Positions 25,540 through 32,000 of a stretch of 32,000 bases of DNA are shown here, one piece after another (within the stretch, counting starts at the first letter, position 1; each line of letters opens with the position of its first letter). The position numbers were made by a program, and so were the translations under genes. Under the pieces are notes generated by a model that made no database searches, was not told the DNA's origin, and was given only the letters and a program-made list of their open reading frames with translations. The stretch lies in contig NC_000917.1 in the NCBI RefSeq assembly GCF_000008665.1, forward strand, positions 1,200,001 to 1,232,000, read 5' to 3'. Origin of the DNA: Archaeoglobus fulgidus DSM 4304. GTDB taxonomy: Archaea > Halobacteriota > Archaeoglobi > Archaeoglobales > Archaeoglobaceae.

Positions 25540-26417
25540 CTCTTCACACCTCTCAAGTGGTACCTCCTGACCTTCCCCCGCAAAGTTGAGGAGGGGAGCG
25601 TGTAGAGGTAGAGGAGCTTGCTCAGATTGGTGTAGGTCATGCTGAGAGCTTCAATTCCCTTCTCATCGGTCAGCGAGGATAGCATATCCACAAGAGCGCT
25701 ACCGTGGTCGTCAACGCTTGGGAGCATTCCACCACACCCCCTGCAAGGGGAGTTGGAGTTGGGACAGCTCGCCATGCAGTCCCCCTGAGTGGCTGGGCCG
25801 AAGCAGAGAATTCCCTGCTTAAGGAAGCACTCCTTATCGGGAACTCTCAAAAATCTACTGACTTCTCCGAACTTTTCCGACAGATTTCTGCTGCAGAACT
25901 CACACACTGATTTCCCGCTGGTTATCCATCCCCTCTCTCCCTCAAAAATGGCCTTGAAGGCGTTGTATATCTGCTCAGGAGTTGGCGGGCAGCCGCCGAT
26001 GTAGCAGTCCACCTCAACCACGCTGTCAAGAGGCTTAACGAACTCCAGCATTTCTGGAATTCTAAGATCACCAACCGATGACTTGGCGGAGCCGAAAACA
26101 TCCTCCAGAATTTCCTCCTTCGAATGTAGATTGGCAAGGCCCATTATCCCCCCACAGCTCGCACATATACCGAAGGCAACAAGGGTTTCGCTCTTCTCCC
26201 TCAGCTCCCTCACAATCTCAACATGCTCGCTGAGCCCGATGCCCCCTTCAATGAAAGCATAATCCACTTCGGGGATTCTGTCATACTTACCATCTCCGAG
26301 GGTTGGAGCTGCCCACGCAACCCTCATTCTGAAATCGTTCATCCTCTCGCCTAGATCAAGCATGGACATCGTGCATCCCGAACAGCCGTGAGCAATGTAA
26401 AAAGCCACGTCTATCAT
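25536..26417 (-). CDS. mvhG: F420-nonreducing hydrogenase small subunit (MvhG/VhuG type)
   Basis: HGCSGCTMSMLDLGERM, GICASCGGIMGLAN, DCYIGGCPPTPEQIYNAF. Confidence 0.93.
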   Translation of the reverse strand: MIDVAFYIAHGCSGCTMSMLDLGERMNDFRMRVAWAAPTLGDGKYDRIPEVDYAFIEGGIGLSEHVEIVRELREKSETLVAFGICASCGGIMGLANLHSKEEILEDVFGSAKSSVGDLRIPEMLEFVKPLDSVVEVDCYIGGCPPTPEQIYNAFKAIFEGERGWITSGKSVCEFCSRNLSEKFGEVSRFLRVPDKECFLKQGILCFGPATQGDCMASCPNSNSPCRGCGGMLPSVDDHGSALVDMLSSLTDEKGIEALSMTYTNLSKLLYLYTLPSSTLRGKVRRYHLRGVKR

Positions 26418-26818
26418 CTTTCATCCCTCCTCAGCGGATTTGGTCCGAGCTTGCGGATTCTCTCATCAAACTCCTTTGCAAACTCCACAAACTTCCTCGC
26501 ATCAGCGCTGGAAACCTGCAGAAACTCAACTCTCCCGGATTCAAGACCAAACTCCGGAAGGAGCCTTTTCAGGAGAGCTACCTTCGTCTTCGCAATCCTG
26601 TTTCCGCTCCTATAGTGGCACTCGGAGATGGGGCAGCCGGCAACGAAAACACCGTCTGCACCGCTGAGCAAAGCTTTCAGGATGAACTCAGCATTAACCC
26701 TCCCAGAACACGGAACTCTCAGAAGTCTGATGCTTTCAGGATACTTCATTTTCAAGCTACCCGCCAAATCAGCGGCCTGATAGGCGCACCACTGACAGGC
26801 AAAACCGATAATTTTCAT
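26414..26818 (-). CDS. mvhD: F420-nonreducing hydrogenase iron-sulfur subunit MvhD
   Basis: IIGFACQWCAYQAADLAGSLKMKYP, IRLLRVPCSGRVNAEFILKALLSGADGVFVAGCPISECHYRSGN. Confidence 0.93.
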   Translation of the reverse strand: MKIIGFACQWCAYQAADLAGSLKMKYPESIRLLRVPCSGRVNAEFILKALLSGADGVFVAGCPISECHYRSGNRIAKTKVALLKRLLPEFGLESGRVEFLQVSSADARKFVEFAKEFDERIRKLGPNPLRRDER

Positions 26819-27699
26819 TCTCTCCCCTCCAGAATTTCCGAAATAATCTTGCTTCTGTCAACGGAGCTGATTCTCGCCACCTTTTCCGGATTGCTGCCCA
26901 AGCAGATGGCGAGAAGCTGGGGGAAGTGGAAGACGGGGATTTCGTAGTCAATCCTCCCCAGCCTCTTGAGCCTCTTCTGCCCCTCATCAAGCTGGATGAA
27001 ACATGTAGAGCAGGCGGTAACGATAAAGTCAGGATCTATTTCCTCCTTCAGAGACTGAAGCTTCAGCTGAACAAAATCAAGGAATTTCTCATAATCCACA
27101 ATATCAATGTGGTTCCCGCAGCAGTACTCAAGCCTGCTGTAGTGAGGTGTTTCAGCACCCATTGCTTCCACCAGCTTCTTCAGCCTTTCAGGGAAAAATG
27201 GATTCTCCTCTTTGGCATCAAAAATCTTAGCTGGCCACAGCAGATGGCAGCCGGGCTGAACGCCTGCAACAAAGCCATTCAGCCTGTGCTTCAGGTTCTT
27301 CTTAATTTTGCGCTCCTCCAGAAGGTGTATTATGTGGTAAATCTTGGTCGTCCCCCTGTAAACTCTGCCAACCTTGGCGAGAATTCTGTTCACTCTCTCA
27401 CGCCACTCCTCCCTTTTCAGCATGTCTCTGGCATGGTTCAGGACGCTGTAGCAATCTCCACACCCAACAACAATGTCCAGTCCTTTCTCCTCAGCGAGGG
27501 AAATGTTTCTTGCTGAAATAGCCAACCACGCCTCGATGTCGAAGGACGGAACTGACGCCCATGTTGGACAGCAGGAGAAGTCACTTAGGTATTCAAAGGG
27601 TACATCGAGAGCTGTGAGCACCTCCCTCATCGCAAGCTCAAGGTCAGGCCTTTCGAAGGCAATTTTGCAGCCGGGAAACAGAGCGTACTTCATAAACAC
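26815..27699 (-). CDS. hdrB: CoB--CoM heterodisulfide reductase-like subunit B
   Basis: Two CCG-type cysteine sets: PGC...SCCPT...CGDC and PGCHLLWP...EYCCGNH...ACSTCF. Confidence 0.93.
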   Translation of the reverse strand: MFMKYALFPGCKIAFERPDLELAMREVLTALDVPFEYLSDFSCCPTWASVPSFDIEAWLAISARNISLAEEKGLDIVVGCGDCYSVLNHARDMLKREEWRERVNRILAKVGRVYRGTTKIYHIIHLLEERKIKKNLKHRLNGFVAGVQPGCHLLWPAKIFDAKEENPFFPERLKKLVEAMGAETPHYSRLEYCCGNHIDIVDYEKFLDFVQLKLQSLKEEIDPDFIVTACSTCFIQLDEGQKRLKRLGRIDYEIPVFHFPQLLAICLGSNPEKVARISSVDRSKIISEILEGRE

Positions 27700-27700
27700 C

Positions 27701-28183
27701 TCACCGAATTAAGCCCAGCTGGGACATCTCAGTGCATTCAATGATCTTTTCAACTTCATCCACACTGCCAATTTCGGGAAGGTCGAATTCAGCTCTCAGT
27801 TCGTTGTTAATCTGCACGGCAAAGCCAGTAGTATAAACCCTCCTCAAAAGCTCCTCAGCCCTTGAGGGAATAGAGAATTCCCTCGTCTGAATTCTTCTGA
27901 AGGCAAAGTAAACGTGAAATGGGTTTACATCTCTCGTGCAGATTTCTATGCACCTCCCGCACGCAACACAGGCCCACGGGGAGGGGTCGAAGAGAATGTC
28001 CTCCCTCAGGCCGAGAGTTATAACCTTGAAGAGCTTCTTGTTGGGGAAGTTGAAACCAGCAATTGCAACAGGGCAGACCGACATGCACGCTCCGCACTGG
28101 ATGCATCTCCCAATTCCTTCCCCACCAAACTTTGAAACCTCCTCCACAACGTCATCATGCCTTGGCAGCCTCACAACTCTCAT
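27701..28183 (-). CDS. hdrC: CoB--CoM heterodisulfide reductase-like subunit C
   Basis: CIQCGACMSVCPVA and CVACGRCIEICTRDVNP 4Fe-4S motifs. Between hdrB and hdrA. Confidence 0.93.
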   Translation of the reverse strand: MRVVRLPRHDDVVEEVSKFGGEGIGRCIQCGACMSVCPVAIAGFNFPNKKLFKVITLGLREDILFDPSPWACVACGRCIEICTRDVNPFHVYFAFRRIQTREFSIPSRAEELLRRVYTTGFAVQINNELRAEFDLPEIGSVDEVEKIIECTEMSQLGLIR

Positions 28184-30159
28184 AATATCGCCTCCAGCTG
28201 GGAGAGAATTTGCTCTCTTGTGAATCCAGCTAAATCAACAGCGTTGGCAGGGCAGACGGAGCTGCAGATTCCGCACCCCTTGCACCTTCTCGTGTCAACC
28301 TCAGCCCTCCCGTTAACGGATATGGCCTCGTAAGGACAGGCGCTCGCGCATATACCGCACCCCGTGCAGAGTTTTTCATCAACAGTAGCCAAAAAGGGCT
28401 CAAGCTGTATGAAGTCCCTTCCGAGAATTGCCGCTGCTCCCGCGGCAGCCGCCTTTGCCTGAGAAACAGTCTCGGAAATGTCCTTTGGCCCCTGACAGCA
28501 TCCGGCGATAAAAATCCCGTCAAGCCAGCTCTCAACCGACCTCAGCTTGGGGTGGTCTTCCTTCAGGAATCCTGAGGTGTCAACGGAGATTCCAAGATTC
28601 TTTGCCAGCTTCCTTGCATCCTCACTCAGCTCTATAGCAGTTGCGAGGACAACCAAATCCGCCTCAACTTCCACAGGAGTGCCGATGTCAGCATCAAATC
28701 CGAGAACTCTAAGCCTGCCATCTGGAAGCTCCTCAATTCCCCCCACCTTGCCCCTGATAATCTTAATCCCCATCTGCCTCGACTGGGTGTAGTACTCCTC
28801 CAAGTCCTTCCCCGGAGCCCTGACGTCAATCATGTGTATGTAAACGTCAATTTCCGGGTTTCTTTCTTTAATTAGCCTAGCCTGCTTGAGCATGTACATG
28901 CAGCAAACTTTGGAGCAGTAGGTGTGGTACCTCACGTCCCTGCTTCCCACGCATGAAATGAACGACACAGTTTCAGGCTTCTTCATGTCGGATGGCCTGA
29001 GAACCTTCCCAGCTGTGGGGCCCGTGGGGGAAAGAATTCTCTCAAACTGCAACGCTGTAATCACGTTGGGAGAGGGAGGGAGGTACTCCTTGAAGTTCTG
29101 CTTTTTCATAACCTCGTAGCCAACGGCAACAACTATTGCACCAACGTTAACCTCAACAATCTCGCCCTCCGGATTCCACTCTAACGACCTGTTTATCGCC
29201 CCCGTAGGGCAGGCTTTCTCACATGGGGCGAGGTACTCCTTCCCTCCTCTCAAAAATCTTCTCGTGCCAAGCGTCTTCTTCCCGCAGTTCACACAGCTTT
29301 TTGGGTCGTGAACGGCCTTCCTCGGTATTGCGTAGGGAGAAGCGATGTACATTGCCCTTCTCTTCGTTAAGCCCTCATTGAACTCATCCTCAGTAACCGC
29401 TCTTGGAGGGCAGGCCTCAACACACGCCCCACAGCCTATGCACTTGTCCCAGTCAACATAAGTCTGCTTCTTCCTGATTTTCACCTGAAAATTCCCCACA
29501 GAGCCTTTAACCTCCTCAACTTCCGCATAAGTAATCAGCTCGACTAAGGGGCTCGATGAAACCTCTGAAATAAGAGGATAAAGGACACAGGAAGAGCAGT
29601 CGTTCATCGGGAAAATCCGATCAAACTTCATCATCTTTCCGCCTATGGATGGCTCCTTCTCAACCAGATAAACCTTAAACCCCATTTTTGAGAGCTCAAT
29701 GGCCGCAGTTATGCCCGCCACACCCCCGCCAATAACCAGAGCACTATCGTTAACATCCAGACACAGCTCCTCAAGAGGCTGGAGCTTTCTCGCCTTGGCT
29801 ATCGACGATGCCAGCAAACTCTTGGCTTTTTCGGTCGCATTCTTCTCATGCACCCAGCTGCACTGCTCTCTGATGTTGGCAATCTCAAGCATGTATTTTG
29901 ATATCCCGGCCTTCTCAAGAGTTGCTCTGAAAAACTTCTCGTGATTTTTTGGGGAACAGGCGGCAATAACCACCCTATCAACCTTTCCCGACTTTATATC
30001 GTCCCTAATCATCTCCTGCGCAATTTCGGAGCACATGAAGAGGTGATCCCTGACAACGCTAACCCCCTCACTGCTCTTCGCAAACTCCACCAGCTCATCA
30101 ATATCGACGTTTGAAGAGATGTTCTCACCGCAGTGACACACGTAAACGCCAATTTTCAT
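28180..30159 (-). CDS. hdrA: CoB--CoM heterodisulfide reductase-like subunit A, 659 aa
   Basis: MKIGVYVCHCGENISSNVDIDELVEFAK, ALVIGGGVAGITAAIEL (FAD-binding), CIGCGACVEACPPRAV, CTGCGICASACPYEA, CKGCGICSSVCPANAV. Confidence 0.95.
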   Translation of the reverse strand: MKIGVYVCHCGENISSNVDIDELVEFAKSSEGVSVVRDHLFMCSEIAQEMIRDDIKSGKVDRVVIAACSPKNHEKFFRATLEKAGISKYMLEIANIREQCSWVHEKNATEKAKSLLASSIAKARKLQPLEELCLDVNDSALVIGGGVAGITAAIELSKMGFKVYLVEKEPSIGGKMMKFDRIFPMNDCSSCVLYPLISEVSSSPLVELITYAEVEEVKGSVGNFQVKIRKKQTYVDWDKCIGCGACVEACPPRAVTEDEFNEGLTKRRAMYIASPYAIPRKAVHDPKSCVNCGKKTLGTRRFLRGGKEYLAPCEKACPTGAINRSLEWNPEGEIVEVNVGAIVVAVGYEVMKKQNFKEYLPPSPNVITALQFERILSPTGPTAGKVLRPSDMKKPETVSFISCVGSRDVRYHTYCSKVCCMYMLKQARLIKERNPEIDVYIHMIDVRAPGKDLEEYYTQSRQMGIKIIRGKVGGIEELPDGRLRVLGFDADIGTPVEVEADLVVLATAIELSEDARKLAKNLGISVDTSGFLKEDHPKLRSVESWLDGIFIAGCCQGPKDISETVSQAKAAAAGAAAILGRDFIQLEPFLATVDEKLCTGCGICASACPYEAISVNGRAEVDTRRCKGCGICSSVCPANAVDLAGFTREQILSQLEAIL

Positions 30160-30209
30160 CCAAATTCATTTGAATTCCAGCTTTAAATCATTTTATAAAT
30201 AATTACATA

Positions 30210-30277
30210 CATGAAAAATTGTAAAAGTTAATAGATGCATGAAAAATTGTGCAATTTTTAGTTGAAAAAAGTTAATA
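30210..30277. repeat. Composite direct and inverted repeats upstream of hdrA
   Basis: CATGAAAAATTGT at 30210-30222 and 30238-30250 (28-bp period). AAAAGTTAATA at 30223-30233 and 30267-30277. AAAAATTG-TG-CAATTTTT inverted repeat around 30242-30259. Confidence 0.7.
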
Positions 30278-30298
30278 AATTAATATGTTAACTAACTT

Positions 30299-30805
30299 TT
30301 ATGTGGGAGCTGGCTTTAGTCGTTGGACTCGCGTTCTTCGGATCCTCGCTCTTCTACCTGATGAGGGAGTGACCAGTTTAACAATTCTTTTTACCACTTT
30401 TTTTACGGCCTCCTCAGCTTCAGAGGACATCTCAGAAAACTCTGCAAGGTTTTTCACCTCTGCACCGATGAGAATCACTCTGGGCATTGCCTGAATCGCA
30501 CTCATCGCCGATATGGCGTAGAAAATGTCGAGGTCGTGGATTGACGCAATTTTCCTTTTCAGCACTCTCTCGACCGGTAACCTGTAAACTCTCCCCGGCT
30601 TTCCGCCGAAATTGACCGCATCAACTATCACAACGACGTCGTAAAAAAAGAAGTAATTCACGAGATCAAAGCTTCCCGTTCCACCATCCATCACGGTGAC
30701 GTTTTTTGGCAGCCTTCTTCGCTTGAGCTCCTCCACAACTCTGATGCCGAGGCCATCATCACCCATCAGCGGGTTCCCTACTCCCACGACCAGAATCCGA
30801 GACAA
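30299..30805 (-). CDS. [NiFe] hydrogenase maturation endopeptidase (HyaD/VhtD-like), 168 aa
   Basis: ILVVGVGNPLMGDDGLGIRVVEELKRR, VVIVDAVNFGGKPG, SIHDLDIFYAI. Confidence 0.88.
   Translation of the reverse strand: MSRILVVGVGNPLMGDDGLGIRVVEELKRRRLPKNVTVMDGGTGSFDLVNYFFFYDVVVIVDAVNFGGKPGRVYRLPVERVLKRKIASIHDLDIFYAISAMSAIQAMPRVILIGAEVKNLAEFSEMSSEAEEAVKKVVKRIVKLVTPSSGRRARIRRTRVQRLKPAPT
30301..30372 (+). CDS. Candidate 23-aa single-TM micropeptide
   Basis: My translation: MWELALVVGLAFFGSSLFYLMRE. TATA-like TTAATAAAT is centred about 25 nt upstream. Divergent from hdrA and antisense to the 3' tail of the hydrogenase protease gene. Confidence 0.3.
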   Translation: MWELALVVGLAFFGSSLFYLMRE

Positions 30806-31454
30806 CTTTTTCCCTCCTGTAGCCGCTTATCATTGATGACAGCGTTCCGAATATCGTTGCTGCGTAGGCGTGCATTATCATCACTGTTGCATAGAGAAAC
30901 ATCGTCAGCCTGTGAAGACCTCTTATGAATGCGTAGCTGTTGTCAGTCCCGAAAAGTAATCCCATCTTCTCGGCAGCAGAATACACCGGGCCGAAGTATT
31001 CAGGATAGAGCATTGCCAGCCCCGTAATCCCTATGATTGCCGTAAGAAGTACATACGTCCAGAAGACGAGCACCTGACTTGGGATTATTTTCTCAACATA
31101 TTCCCTCCTTCTTGGGTCGTAGGCTCTTGGGTCGCCAACATGTCCACCCTTTATCCACGCAACAGCCTCCTCCAATACGAACTTGATGCTGTAGGGTATC
31201 CTTGAAGGTTTGATCCACTTCCACTCCTCTGCGATGCTGAAGTACATGAACAGAGTCCACAGCCCAGCGAAGACGAAGCTCATCCTTATGTGAAGTGCGT
31301 AAGCATCATCGAAAAGGGTAAACCCAAAAAGTTTTGAGAGCTGCATTCCTGAGAGGGCGGTGATTATCCCAGTAACCACTATTCCCCAGTGGCAGCTCCT
31401 CACAAACTTCGAGTGCCTTTCAACGGCCACACTTCCGCATTTCTTGCACTCCAT
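30759..31454 (-). CDS. vhtC: Hydrogenase cytochrome b subunit (VhtC-like), 231 aa
   Basis: Multi-TM protein with FVRSCHWGIVVTGIITALSG, LHIRMSFVFAGLWTLFMYF and RGLHRLTMFLYATVMIMHAYAA (heme-ligand type His). Adjacent to the hydrogenase large subunit. Confidence 0.85.
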   Translation of the reverse strand: MECKKCGSVAVERHSKFVRSCHWGIVVTGIITALSGMQLSKLFGFTLFDDAYALHIRMSFVFAGLWTLFMYFSIAEEWKWIKPSRIPYSIKFVLEEAVAWIKGGHVGDPRAYDPRRREYVEKIIPSQVLVFWTYVLLTAIIGITGLAMLYPEYFGPVYSAAEKMGLLFGTDNSYAFIRGLHRLTMFLYATVMIMHAYAATIFGTLSSMISGYRREKVVSDSGRGSREPADG

Positions 31455-31455
31455 A

Positions 31456-32000
31456 CTACCTCACCACGTGGACAGCGCAGGCAATGCACGGGTCGAAGCT
31501 TCTGACGACCATCAGGGTGAGAGAGGTGTTGTAAATCTGGCCGTTCAGCCTTTCAATGTTCAGCTCTGCAAGGCCGAGGGGTGTTAGGGCTGCAGCTAAG
31601 GCATCTCCCCAGCTCATCGCTCCCAAACCCAAGGCGGAGAGGTCAACGTCCTTTTCGGGGTAGATGGCGTTGCAGATTTCAGGTACACTCAGATTTGGCA
31701 GCCAAGTACCCTCTAATGCTGTTTCAACTGGCCCGGGCTGCCCGAAATCGTCTCTTGGGCTTAGATTCCACGTGCTTGGCACAACACACTGGTAGTTGGC
31801 TATTTTGTGGTCTTTAACTTTAATGTAGTGCAGCAAACCTCCTCTTGGCGCATCCCAGAGGCCAAAACCCTCGCCCTCCTTCGGCACATTCCTGTAGTTG
31901 GTAACCTTCTGGTTGGTGTAGGATTTCAGCTCAAGCAACCACTCAAAGACTTTCTGCGAAGTTAAGATTGTAAGAGCGACTCTCGCAGCGAGCCTGTCAA
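31456..32000 (-). CDS. vhtA: [NiFe] hydrogenase large subunit (VhtA-like), C-terminal part only (runs off window end)
   Basis: The frame stays open to the window edge (DRLAARVALTILTSQKVFEWLLELKSYTNQKVTNYRNVP...) and ends VVRSFDPCIACAVHVVR. The ORF-track start at 31938 is an internal TTG. Confidence 0.9.
   Translation of the reverse strand, partial: DRLAARVALTILTSQKVFEWLLELKSYTNQKVTNYRNVPKEGEGFGLWDAPRGGLLHYIKVKDHKIANYQCVVPSTWNLSPRDDFGQPGPVETALEGTWLPNLSVPEICNAIYPEKDVDLSALGLGAMSWGDALAAALTPLGLAELNIERLNGQIYNTSLTLMVVRSFDPCIACAVHVVR

Noticed and set aside
26926-27516. Plus-strand 196-aa ORF opposite hdrB
   Set aside because: Antisense to a conserved CCG-domain protein, with no independent support.
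1-32000. CRISPR arrays, tRNA or rRNA genes, toxin-antitoxin pairs, phage structural modules
   Set aside because: I scanned by eye for regularly spaced 24-40 bp repeats, tRNA-like T-arm sequences and typical defence or phage proteins and saw none. A tRNAscan-SE, Infernal and CRISPR finder run would be decisive. Small C/D box RNAs cannot be excluded by eye.

Overview
The window reads as a euryarchaeal chromosome segment, and gene content and order fit Archaeoglobus fulgidus (my recognition, not a database search). Contents from left to right: (1) two tandem AMP/thymidine phosphorylase (DeoA) paralogs on the minus strand, the left one cut by the window edge. (2) An MBL-fold hydrolase, a TatC homolog, a DUF1805-like protein, and an Nre family repair-associated gene split by an apparent frameshift and ending in a PCNA-interaction-like motif. 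(3) A small winged-helix protein, rubredoxin and a second MBL-fold protein. (4) A two-ORF IS630-family insertion sequence with an A7 slippery tract at the ORF junction, abutting a lipoprotein gene. (5) A DsbA-like thiol-disulfide protein. (6) An AbrB-PhoU regulator divergent from a pstSCAB-phoU-arsC operon. (7) A polymer-forming/bactofilin-like beta-helix protein, a small conserved protein and a YchF/OBG GTPase. (8) A full hyp set (hypE, hypF, hypA, hypB, hypC, hypD). (9) An MvhAGD-HdrABC cluster with a maturation protease. (10) A membrane-bound (Vht-type) hydrogenase region with protease, cytochrome b and a truncated large subunit. Most of this is known biology. The items most worth follow-up are: an ORF-track-invisible 53-aa Cys-rich smORF at 18054-18215 with a well-placed TATA box; three boxes at exact 22-bp spacing in the AbrB-PhoU/pstS intergenic region; repeats plus a 23-aa candidate membrane peptide in the hdrA upstream region; the Nre frameshift; and the IS630 slippery junction and IS-lipoprotein abutment. 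I found no strong evidence for a wholly novel multigene system.
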